Of a stretch of DNA of 64,000 nucleotides, positions 49,455 to 59,100 are shown one piece after another (position 1 is the first letter of the stretch; every line of letters begins with the position of its first letter). A model generated the notes under the pieces. It was not told the DNA's origin and made no database searches. It worked only from the letters and a program-made list of their open reading frames with translations. Location: positions 532-64,531 of the forward strand of contig JAGQMN010000001.1 of the NCBI GenBank assembly GCA_020428645.1, read 5' to 3'. Made by a program: the position numbers and the translations under genes. The stretch comes from Patescibacteria group bacterium. Lineage in GTDB: Bacteria; Patescibacteriota; Minisyncoccia; Phycocordibacterales; UBA1006.

Positions 49455-49480
49455 TAAATAGTACATATTCGTGTACTATT
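49455..49480. terminator. Bidirectional hairpin between convergent genes
   Basis: aaatagtaca-tattcg-tgtactattt, a perfect 10-bp stem. Confidence 0.45.
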
Positions 49481-49910
49481 TATTATTGTAATTTGCTAGT
49501 AAATCTGATGAACTTCTGACCTTACCGCCGTGCCCGACATTGAATTCCATTTTGATATTATGTTCGTTACAAAAGACGAATTCGGGAATGTCGTCAGCGA
49601 ACCGGTCACCACCATTGGCAAAGATATCAGGCATTACCTCAGCCAGTGCCTTGCATACGCTGGTATCAGGATCGTCTACTTTGTGGTTGGTAATGACGAC
49701 CTCGTCCACGCAAGCGAAGGCTTCGATGATTTCCTTGCGATCTTGTTCATTCATAAAGTTTTTTCCTTTTTTAGTGCGTAGCCAGTTATCGTTGTTAATA
49801 ATCACAACGAGTTTATTTCCGAGTGCCTTGGCTTCTTTGAGATACCTAACATGACCAATATGAATTGGATCGAATCCACCTGAAACAGCAACAACGATTT
49901 CTTTCTTCAT
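49476..49910 (-). CDS. Cytidylyltransferase-family nucleotidyltransferase (HIGH-motif Rossmann; RfaE-domain-II/TagD-like)
   Basis: VAVSGGFDPIHIGHVRYL is the (H/T)xGH nucleotidyltransferase motif. About 144 aa, a single domain. Confidence 0.65.
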   Translation of the reverse strand: MKKEIVVAVSGGFDPIHIGHVRYLKEAKALGNKLVVIINNDNWLRTKKGKNFMNEQDRKEIIEAFACVDEVVITNHKVDDPDTSVCKALAEVMPDIFANGGDRFADDIPEFVFCNEHNIKMEFNVGHGGKVRSSSDLLANYNNK

Positions 49911-49948
49911 GTGCGTAGTATAACAAGTCTTGCTATACTACGCACATG
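49908..49948. promoter_or_regulatory. Perfect 15-bp inverted repeat (CATGTGCGTAGTATA, 11 nt, TATACTACGCACATG) spanning both divergent start codons
   Basis: Read directly from the sequence. The whole 35-bp gap between the divergent cytidylyltransferase and PMM-like genes is the palindrome. Confidence 0.4.
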
Positions 49949-50710
49949 AAGAAGTACAACACGATCATTTTTGATTTGGATGGGACGTTGGCAGTGACTA
50001 AATCTCCTCTGACAGATGAAATGGGTCAATTAGTTGCTCAACTCACCCAAAAAATAAATGTGGTCATTATTACTGGTGGTCGTTTTGAACAGATTAAAAA
50101 ACAGGTTATTGATAGACTTGGTGAAAACGTTGTACGTTCAAATTTTTACGTACTCCCTACAACAGGATCAAGTATGGTTGCATATGATTCAAAAACAAAA
50201 GAATGGAATTACGTATATCGTCATGAATTAACTAACGAACAAAAAGAACGAATCATTAATGGAATTAAACAAGCTTTGGAACAAGCATCGTTTTCTATTA
50301 ATCCTGATGATGTTTTTGAAAATCAATTTGAAGATAGAGGTTCTCAAATTACATTTTCGGCTCTCGGTCAATATCAAAAACCGGAAATCAAGATTGTATG
50401 GGATCCTGAACAGAAAAAACGGCAGGAATTATTATCCTATATGAATCACTTAGAGGACGAGTTTGCGCTTAATTTAGGGGGTTCTACATCTATTGATGTA
50501 ACCTTAAAGGGAATTGATAAGGAATATGGAATTAATGAATTTTATAAAACAACAGCACTTCAAATTAAAGATGGTCTTTTTGTTGGTGATAAAATTTTTC
50601 CTGGTGGAAATGATTATCCAGCAATAAAAACAGGGATTGATTACCGTGAGACATCAGGTCCTGAAGAAACGATGGAAATTATCCACGAGGTACTTCAATC
50701 ATACGACTAA
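49946..50710 (+). CDS. HAD-IIB hydrolase, eukaryote-type phosphomannomutase (PMM)-like
   Basis: IIFDLDGTLA (DxDGT), VIITGGRFEQI and especially FVGDKIFPGGNDYPAI align with the PMM motifs LFDVDGTLT, GVVGGSD and FFGNETSPGGNDFEIF. Confidence 0.6.
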   Translation: MKKYNTIIFDLDGTLAVTKSPLTDEMGQLVAQLTQKINVVIITGGRFEQIKKQVIDRLGENVVRSNFYVLPTTGSSMVAYDSKTKEWNYVYRHELTNEQKERIINGIKQALEQASFSINPDDVFENQFEDRGSQITFSALGQYQKPEIKIVWDPEQKKRQELLSYMNHLEDEFALNLGGSTSIDVTLKGIDKEYGINEFYKTTALQIKDGLFVGDKIFPGGNDYPAIKTGIDYRETSGPEETMEIIHEVLQSYD

Positions 50711-50743
50711 GACGTGTTATTATAGAGGTATCTTGTAATTTTT

Positions 50744-51088
50744 ATGAAGGCATCGCACGTGACAAAAAAACCATGGGGAGAGTTCAGGCAGTTTACGCTC
50801 AATCAAGAGTCTACGGTAAAGACCCTATCTGTTAATCAGGGAGAAGAGCTTTCATTACAGACTCATACATCACGTGAAGAATATTGGTACGTACTCGATG
50901 GTCACCCACGAATAACACAAGGAAAAGATATCTTTGATGCAGAACCAGGTCGAGAATTTTTTATCGAGCAGGGTGAAAAACACCGTATCGCTGCACCAAT
51001 TGATGACGTTCGCATTCTAGAAATCGCCTATGGACACTTTGATGAAGATGACATCGTTCGGCTCGAAGATCGTTACGATAGATCTTAG
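50744..51088 (+). CDS. Cupin-domain protein, mannose-6-phosphate isomerase type II C-terminal-like
   Basis: KPWGEFRQF...SLQTHTSREEYWYVLDG...EKHRI fits the cupin_2 / PMI type II pattern. Confidence 0.55.
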   Translation: MKASHVTKKPWGEFRQFTLNQESTVKTLSVNQGEELSLQTHTSREEYWYVLDGHPRITQGKDIFDAEPGREFFIEQGEKHRIAAPIDDVRILEIAYGHFDEDDIVRLEDRYDRS

Positions 51089-51111
51089 CTAACAATTATA
51101 TATTTATTTAC

Positions 51112-53070
51112 ATGAAGCGTTTCCTTTCACAACTTATCGAGATATTGGTACAACCTCTTGTTCCTGCTTGGCAGAAAGAGGCGCCTTTGTCTCAGGAAGT
51201 TATTGGAACAGCACACTTCGATAATCAGCATTACTTTTTTGTTCGTGATGGCGACAAGGTTTTTCTCGTGAGTGATACAGATACCTATGTTTATCGACAG
51301 AATGTGTGTTTCTCTCGGATTATGACGAGGCACATTCCAAACATGTGTGACCTTGATGCGGTAACCTTACCAAACGGAGAGCATGCCATGGTGTGTACGG
51401 TCAAACTCAAGCGAGGGTACAAAACTGTGTATCTTACTTCACAAGACACTCGTCACTTTAAGGCGTGGTCAATGGTACGTAATCCAAACGGACATGCGAC
51501 AAAAATTATTGTTCATGCAGCTAATCAGATAGCACTTGTAACCTCAATTAATGGTGAGATTTGTTATCGCGATCTTGATGTACACAACCGAAATGTTGAA
51601 TACCACACAACACCGCTTGTACCACGACACGATTCGTTTGATCATAGTCCACTGCGTGTAGTTGGTGTATTTGATCTACCTGACGGGGTGTTTGTGCTCT
51701 ACGATACATCGTACGAAATGCGTGGGTTCGTGACTCACCGGTTTGGCGCGGCACTTCTTGCCCACGGAAACCTTGGTCACTGTCACTGGCGAGCGTACTT
51801 TGATGAGGTGCCATTCTGGGATTATTTTGTTTCTAAAAAAGAAAACGAACACCTCTCACTCTCTGCTATTAGTGCGTACCACCGTGGAGATACCATTCAT
51901 GTCTACTTTTATGACTGCCTGAACCGAGATGTGTATACGCTCGATCTTCACGAACCGTACTCACGTCGTGATCCACATCCCGACAAGGCAATCTTGCGAA
52001 AGTATGTACACAATCCAATTTTGAAACCAAATGAAGACCACGCCTGGGAATGTTACGCGACATTCAATCCAACCGCACTTCAGATTGGTAACACAACACA
52101 TCTCCTCTACCGGGCTGAAGGTTCAGCAGGTCTTTCGGTGATTGGCTATGGCTCCAGCTATAATGGGGTTACCTTTGATCGTTTACCTGATCCAATATAT
52201 GTTCCAACGATGGACTTCGAGGGAGTGAACTTGTCGCCTGACATGATACGATTATTGCGAAAACGTTCGACTAGTTTTAAATCCGGATATAACCACTATC
52301 CAACTGATTACCATGGATACCGTTGGCACGGTGTTGAGGATCCACGTATGACCGAGATGGAAGGTCGAATCTACATGATTTATTCCGCGTATAATGGCTA
52401 CCAGATGGCGCGACCTGCAATTACCTCAATTGATACAAACGATTTTCTGAATCACCGCTGGAACTGGGCGGTTCCACAGGTGATGACCGAACAGGCGTAT
52501 GCATGGGGGCAGGGGAATAAGAACGTCGTTCTTCACCCGGAAAAGGTAAATGGTAAGTATGTAATTTTCCACCGCATATGGCCACACATCCGGATCGATT
52601 ACGTTGATAATCTCGAATTTGGTCCTGGTAAAAAGTACCTCAAAGAGCTTGCACGCATCGAGGCTCGTGGGGATTCGTGGGATAGTAACCGCGTTGGTGT
52701 TTCTTCCGCTCCTATTTTGATTGATGAGGGGTGGCTGATGATTTACCAAGGATCGGGTTCGCAAGATCGTCGCTATAAAGTTGGTGCTATGATTCTCGAT
52801 CGATATGATCCATCAAAGGTACTGTACCGCAGTGGACAACCAATCCTTGCACCAACTGAATGGTACGAAAACGACAACAAATCCGGCGTTGCGTACCCTT
52901 GTGGAGCGGTTGTTCGAGATGGTACTCTGTACGTGTACTACGGAGCATCAGACAAGTACGTATCGGTAGCAACGGCACCTCTTCGTGAATTTATTGATAA
53001 GCTCAAACATGATGCGTACCAAAAACCAGAACTTACCAAAAGAATCGGTATCGACGACCTATGTATATAA
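51112..53070 (+). CDS. GH130-family glycoside hydrolase/phosphorylase domain protein with a ~290-aa N-terminal extension
   Basis: The C-terminal half carries NPILKPNEDHAWECYATFNPTA and GVEDPRMTEMEGRIYMIYSAYNG, the GH130 beta-mannoside-phosphorylase catalytic-Asp region. The N-terminal 290 aa are unassigned. Confidence 0.7.
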   Translation: MKRFLSQLIEILVQPLVPAWQKEAPLSQEVIGTAHFDNQHYFFVRDGDKVFLVSDTDTYVYRQNVCFSRIMTRHIPNMCDLDAVTLPNGEHAMVCTVKLKRGYKTVYLTSQDTRHFKAWSMVRNPNGHATKIIVHAANQIALVTSINGEICYRDLDVHNRNVEYHTTPLVPRHDSFDHSPLRVVGVFDLPDGVFVLYDTSYEMRGFVTHRFGAALLAHGNLGHCHWRAYFDEVPFWDYFVSKKENEHLSLSAISAYHRGDTIHVYFYDCLNRDVYTLDLHEPYSRRDPHPDKAILRKYVHNPILKPNEDHAWECYATFNPTALQIGNTTHLLYRAEGSAGLSVIGYGSSYNGVTFDRLPDPIYVPTMDFEGVNLSPDMIRLLRKRSTSFKSGYNHYPTDYHGYRWHGVEDPRMTEMEGRIYMIYSAYNGYQMARPAITSIDTNDFLNHRWNWAVPQVMTEQAYAWGQGNKNVVLHPEKVNGKYVIFHRIWPHIRIDYVDNLEFGPGKKYLKELARIEARGDSWDSNRVGVSSAPILIDEGWLMIYQGSGSQDRRYKVGAMILDRYDPSKVLYRSGQPILAPTEWYENDNKSGVAYPCGAVVRDGTLYVYYGASDKYVSVATAPLREFIDKLKHDAYQKPELTKRIGIDDLCI

Positions 53071-55007
53071 CCAGACGATCAGATCACAACCCGTTTATCA
53101 GACCGAACGAAGAAAAGCACTGGATGTCCTACGCAACCTTCAACTGGTCACCATGGCACGATGAAGAAACACATACTATTCATGCGTTATACCGTGCTAT
53201 GACGAAACCTGACCTCCTCGCATCAGGTCCGTCTTTTAGTGTGTCTTCAATTGGTTATACCTATAGTAACGATGAGGAACACTTCACTCACCACGAACAG
53301 TTTATTTTTTCAGAGGAAGAGTGGGAACGGTATGGGTGCGAAGATCCACGTGTGACGAAAATCGGTGATACCTACTACATTTTCTACACAGCACTCTCAA
53401 CCTATCCTTTTTCAGCTGAGGGTATTAAAGTTGCTGTTGCAACTACCAAGGATTTCAAAACGATTGACGAAAAAAAATTAGTAACTCCATTCAACGCAAA
53501 GGCGATGACACTCTTTCCAGAGAAAATAAATGGCAAATTTACTGCGCTCCTTACCGTTGATCCCGATAAACCACCGTCAAAGATTGCATTCATCCAGTTT
53601 GATTCTGAAGAACAAATCTGGGATCAGGGCTACTGGCATAATTGGTATGCGAACATCGACGACCATATCTTTGATCCACGAAAACGTGATGACGATCATT
53701 GTGAGATTGGTGCTGCACCGGTGTGGACTGATGAGGGATGGCTTCTTGTGTATTCACATATTCAGCACTATTTTAATGAATCTGAGCGAGTATTTGGTAT
53801 AGAAGCGCTGCTTCTCGACCACGATGACCCAAAAAAGATTCTTGGTAGGACAACTGGGCCCATCCTTGTCCCAGAGAAAACCTATGAAAAAGAAGGTCAG
53901 GTACACAACATTACGTTTCCATCAGGTGCGCTGCTTCATGGTGATCGTCTCGACATCTACTATGGTGGAGCAGATTCAGTATGTTGTATGGCAACTGTCA
54001 ATCTACACCATCTCTTGGACAGTATGAATATAGAGAAACGTAAAGAGCACATTGTTCGCTACGCCGGTAACCCAATTTTGGAGCCAATTCGTGAGAACGA
54101 ATGGGAAGCAAAACTGGTCTTCAATCCAACCACCGTCGATATCGGTGAAAAAACCTATATTGTGTACCGTGCTATGTCACAGGACAACACCTCGTACATG
54201 GGAGCTGCGGTGACTACCGATGGCTACACCATTGATGAACGTTTTTCTGAACCAATCTACGTTCCACGTATGGATTTCGAGATGAAGAAATCACATCCAA
54301 CAGGGAACTCTGGATGTGAGGACGGTCGTGCAACGGTCATCGGCGACACCCTCTACATGTTTTACACCGCGTACAATGGGGTGGATGCTCCCAGGGTTGC
54401 TTTTTCATCAATTTCATTGAACCATTTCGAGGCAAAGAACTGGAATGCATGGTCAGAACCACAGCTGGTAACGCCAGATGGAATAGATGACAAAGATGCC
54501 TGCCTCCTCGCTGAAAAAATTAGAGACGAGTACGCGATCTTTCACCGCATCAAACACCATGTGTGTTTTGACACGGTACCTGAACTCGATTTTTCAAAAC
54601 ATCGATTGAATAAGTGTATTCCATTAATTGGCCCACGAACTGGGATGTGGGACGGACTGAAGGTTGGTATTGCTGGTCCCCCTATTAAGACTGATGCAGG
54701 ATGGTTACTGTTGTACCACGCAGTATCAACTGATAAATACTATCGCGTTGGCGCGATGTTGATGGAGCTCGATAATCCAGGTAACATCATCGGACGTACG
54801 ACTGATTTCATTCTCGAACCCGAAGAACGGTGGGAACTTGAGGGTGAGATCAACAAAGTTGTCTTCCCGTGTGGTGCCTCGATTCGTGGTGATGAACTCT
54901 TTATCTACTACGGTGGAGCCGATACCGTGGTTGGGGTAGCAACGACAAAGCTCTCATGGCTACTTGACGTATTGACCTGGCAACGTGATTCAGACAATTG
55001 GTCGTAA
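53061..55007 (+). CDS. Tandem double GH130-domain protein
   Basis: Domain 1 has NPFIRPNEEKHWMSYATFN...GCEDPRVTKIGDTYYIFYTA. Domain 2 starts at about nt 54,033 with NPILEPIRENEWEAKLVFNPT...GCEDGRATVIGDTLYMFYTAYNG. The gene overlaps the upstream GH130 gene by 10 nt. Confidence 0.7.
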   Translation: MYITRRSDHNPFIRPNEEKHWMSYATFNWSPWHDEETHTIHALYRAMTKPDLLASGPSFSVSSIGYTYSNDEEHFTHHEQFIFSEEEWERYGCEDPRVTKIGDTYYIFYTALSTYPFSAEGIKVAVATTKDFKTIDEKKLVTPFNAKAMTLFPEKINGKFTALLTVDPDKPPSKIAFIQFDSEEQIWDQGYWHNWYANIDDHIFDPRKRDDDHCEIGAAPVWTDEGWLLVYSHIQHYFNESERVFGIEALLLDHDDPKKILGRTTGPILVPEKTYEKEGQVHNITFPSGALLHGDRLDIYYGGADSVCCMATVNLHHLLDSMNIEKRKEHIVRYAGNPILEPIRENEWEAKLVFNPTTVDIGEKTYIVYRAMSQDNTSYMGAAVTTDGYTIDERFSEPIYVPRMDFEMKKSHPTGNSGCEDGRATVIGDTLYMFYTAYNGVDAPRVAFSSISLNHFEAKNWNAWSEPQLVTPDGIDDKDACLLAEKIRDEYAIFHRIKHHVCFDTVPELDFSKHRLNKCIPLIGPRTGMWDGLKVGIAGPPIKTDAGWLLLYHAVSTDKYYRVGAMLMELDNPGNIIGRTTDFILEPEERWELEGEINKVVFPCGASIRGDELFIYYGGADTVVGVATTKLSWLLDVLTWQRDSDNWS

Positions 55008-55051
55008 ACAAAAGAACTTCTTTAGCGAAGTTCTTTTGTTATACTTAGGGT

Positions 55052-55417
55052 ATGAAGATATTTGTAACACACTCTAGCGATATTAATGTACATGAAGATT
55101 TGTATCAACCAATCAGAGAATCAGAATTGAATAAAAAACACGACATTAAGTTACCACAAGAGTTTGGTAAAGAAACAATTACCAAAGAACTCATTCAATC
55201 TCAAGATTTTATTATTGCCGAATCCTCAATGCCTTCGACCGGTTCAGGTATTGAATTAGGTTGGGCTGATATGTACAACGTACCGATACTCAATGTATAT
55301 AAAAAGAATAGTAAATCTTCATCTTCACTACGGTACGTAACTGATAATCATATTGAATACATAGATAGCAAAGACATGGTTAATAAAATTACAGATTTTA
55401 TTGATAACCAAGTATGA
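55052..55417 (+). CDS. Nucleoside 2-deoxyribosyltransferase-like small Rossmann protein
   Basis: STGSGIELGWA resembles the GTxxExGxA motif of the nucleoside deoxyribosyltransferase-like family. Support is weak. Confidence 0.35.
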   Translation: MKIFVTHSSDINVHEDLYQPIRESELNKKHDIKLPQEFGKETITKELIQSQDFIIAESSMPSTGSGIELGWADMYNVPILNVYKKNSKSSSSLRYVTDNHIEYIDSKDMVNKITDFIDNQV

Positions 55418-56127
55418 GTAAAAAATTAATTGCTATACAAAAAACTCAACGAGCTGTTGAAATGGCGATGCAGGCAGTCATTGATTACCTAAAGACTCAC
55501 CCTACACCAACATCAGAACGAGCTCATGAAATCATTGATGAAGTGCTCACCGAACATGGTTGCGAATCACCTGAGAGGCACATTGTTACTTCTGGAATCC
55601 AGTCCCACGAACCACACGAAGAGGGAACAGGTTTGATCGAACAAGGGGTACCGATTGTGATTGATATTTACCCTCGATCCACAGAGTCGGGTTACTTTGC
55701 CGACATGACACGGACGGTGTGTATTGGAACATCACCATTTGAACTACAGCGTATGTACGGTACCGTGCTCGAAGCACAGAATATGGCGATCAGTATGCTT
55801 GCACCAGGTGTTCGTTGTAGTGATGTACATAATGTTGTTGCAGAATTTTTTATCAATCAAGGCTACGAAACCAACGGAAAGGGTAGCGAGTTCACCTATG
55901 CTGAGGGTTTTGTGCATGCGCTCGGTCACGGGGTATCTACAAAGATCCATGACAAACCAACACTTAGCCCAAAGAGTGAAGATATTTTACAAGAAGGCGA
56001 CGTAATCACCATTGAACCTGGGCTATATTACAAACACATTGGCGGTATCCGCATCGAGGATATGTTCGTGATTACCGAAACTGGTGTTGAACGAATCACC
56101 CAATTTCCTCACCTTTTTCAAATTTAA
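55414..56127 (+). CDS. M24-family metallopeptidase catalytic domain (Xaa-Pro / methionine aminopeptidase-like pita-bread fold)
   Basis: Metal-ligand pattern D (FADMTRT), H (HALGHG), E (ITIEPG), E (IRIEDM). Only the catalytic domain is present. Its start overlaps the upstream stop. Confidence 0.7.
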   Translation: MSKKLIAIQKTQRAVEMAMQAVIDYLKTHPTPTSERAHEIIDEVLTEHGCESPERHIVTSGIQSHEPHEEGTGLIEQGVPIVIDIYPRSTESGYFADMTRTVCIGTSPFELQRMYGTVLEAQNMAISMLAPGVRCSDVHNVVAEFFINQGYETNGKGSEFTYAEGFVHALGHGVSTKIHDKPTLSPKSEDILQEGDVITIEPGLYYKHIGGIRIEDMFVITETGVERITQFPHLFQI

Positions 56128-56158
56128 AAATTATAGATATAAGGTATAATGTATTGCA

Positions 56159-59100
56159 ATGAACTACATCAAAAAATTTCGTGAACTGACAAAAAAAGAC
56201 GCTGATATCGCAGGAGGAAAGGGTGCCTCCCTTGGAGAAATGCTCAATGCTGGAATTCCCGTTCCTGATGGATTTGTGGTGACTGCCGATACTTTTGATT
56301 TCTTTCTTGCTGAAACTGATCTCGTTCAGGAAATTGGTGCTATTTTGAAAAAAGTGGATACCCAGGCAATTCACACTGTTGATGATGCATCTGAACAAAT
56401 TCAAAATCTGATTCGCAGTGCACAGATGCCTGAATCTGTGGCTTCTGAAATCCTCAAAGATTTTGATGAACTTGATACGGCTTACGTTGCAGTTCGTTCT
56501 TCGGCAACTGCCGAAGACGGTGCTGATCATGCATGGGCAGGGCAACTTGATTCGTACCTCAACACAACGAAAGATATGCTCCTCGAAAAAGTTCAGTCGT
56601 GTTGGGCATCACTGTTTACTCCACGGGCGATCTTTTACCGGTTTGAAAAAGGTCTTCACACCACTCACATCTCTGTTGCGGTGGTAATCCAGAAAATGGT
56701 GAACTCTGAAAAATCAGGGATTGCTTTTTCAGTGCATCCAGTGACTGAAGATTACAATCAGATGATTATCGAGGCAGGTCTTGGACTCGGCGAGGCTATT
56801 GTTTCTGGTTCGGTTACCCCCGATTCCTACGTAGTTACCAAAGACCCACAGGAAATTATCGATAGCAACGTTAATACTCAAACCAAGGCACTGTACCGTA
56901 CTGCCACAAAGGGTGACCACGGTTTCAACGAATGGAGAGAACTATCTGAAACCGAAGCTAATCAGCAGGTACTTGATAACACACAGATCATCGAGTTAGC
57001 AAACATTATTGAACGTATCGAAAATCACTACGGATTCCCATGTGATATTGAATGGGCGTATGAAAACAATACCTTCTTTATTGTCCAATCTCGACCAATT
57101 ACAACGCTATCGAATAAAACGGTAGACCTAAAAAAAAACGATAGTGTAGCAAAACTTACCTTTGAACGAGAGTATACACGGGATTTTTCAATAATTCTCG
57201 AAGATTTTTGGCATCACGGATTAATGAGTTGTTATCGTGATATTCTTCAATCTGAACCTCTACATGAAACCCCCCTCGTTACATATATACATGATGGTGT
57301 TGTTGAAACATGGCAAAATCGTCCATTCATCAATGATCTAAAGAAAAAAATTCTTGAACGTAATATTGCTGATCCATCTTTTCTTAATCCTATTATGGCG
57401 GACTATCGTGTTTTACTTGATACCTTTAAACAGTATCGGGCACAGAAAAAATTTGCACAATCACACAAAGATATTAAAGAACTCTTGGCGCAGTTTAAAG
57501 AGGGAATTCGTCTATGGATTCCGTGGGGGCATGCAGCCTATGTAGAAGAAACACCAAAAGATATTTGGGATAAAACTATGGCGCTTCGTGATATTGATAC
57601 ATTTTGGGATGATGCTGATTACGTATTACGGAAGAGTATTATTAATGTTTACCCGGAGCTTGAAGGGTGTGAGAATACTATCCTTGCGGAAGAGCTGTTA
57701 ACCGGTTCTGACAGCTTTGACAATAACCAGTACACAAAACGTCTCTCTGGGTATGTTCATATTCCTGGTCGGTCACACTGGTTTGGTGACTTAGCAAGCG
57801 CTGAAGAAAAGTACAGAGATCTACAATTTAACTACCCGACGAATGAGATTGTAAACAATGGTTTCAAAGGCGAAATCGCATATGCTGGTAATCAAGAAGT
57901 CATTACTGGTAAGGTTCGTATTATCAAGAGAAAAGACCAAGTACGTACATTACAAGATGGTGAGGTATTAGTCTCGCCAATGACAACACCCGACTTTGAA
58001 CCAGCAATGAAGCGTGCGGTAATCACTATTACCGATGAAGGTGGGATCACTTGTCATGCGGCAGTTGTTGCCAGAGAGATGAAGTTACCATGTATTACTG
58101 GAACCCGAATTGCTACTAGTTTTTTGAATGATGATGACACCGTTTCAGTAAATACAAAAACAGGAGTTGTGACTCGTATTGCATCTAAATTTCCTAATGG
58201 CGAATGTTTTAAAAACATGTCGACTCCAGATGCATGGAACTACACAGGGAAGTGGATTCAAAATCCACTATGTTCAAGTTTTTGGGCTGCGTATCACCAA
58301 ACTGATATTGTTCAGAAAATTTATCCTGATCGAGAATTTGGTATTGAGTTCAGCGTTGATGGTCACTGGCGAGAGAACCTTGTTGATATCACATATATGA
58401 AATCAGAAATCATCAGAAGATATCAAGATGGTAGTCTAGATAAATTTGTTCAAAATTTCGATTCGGTAGGTAATGAGATTCAAAATGTACTCTTAAAAGA
58501 GATTAATGAAATTAGTATTAATACATTACCACTTCAAGAGATCTTTGCTTGCTATCAAGATTTGTTCACTTATTGGGGTTTTCTAACATTCTTAGGTGAC
58601 TTAACCATGCCAGTTGCAAACGAGGTAAATCTTGTTTCCTCTGATGGTGAATTTTTCGAGATGACTCATCCTCATCTTCGTCTAACCTGGATTGAATATG
58701 AAGAAGAAAAAACACGTGAAATCGCTCAAGAAGTAATTAATTTAGGTGCAGGTGTTTGTAATATCGAACTCATAAAGAAAAATAAAACTATTTCAAAGCT
58801 TGTCAAAGAATATTTTGAAAATTTTGCGTGGGTTGGTGTTAACAAATGGGAAGGAGAGGGAATGAACGATGAGAAATTAGTTGAACGAGTAAATCAGGCA
58901 ATTGAAAACATTAAAGAAGGAAACTTTTTTGAATCTCGTTCTCCTAATGAATCTATTTTTAAAGAACTTAATCCACTCGTGCAACTTGGTGTATCTACTG
59001 CGTATTGGCGTGCGACCTGTGCTAGTTTAGCAGCTCGCTTTGAGTATCTGATACAAGAGCGAATGAGTAAGTTGGCAAAGAAACATAAGATTACTTACAA

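Noticed and set aside
53061-53070. Frameshifted single GH130 pseudogene spanning 51112-55007
   Set aside because: Each ORF carries complete GH130 domains with its own start, and the 10-nt overlap is typical of translational coupling. There is no evidence of disruption.
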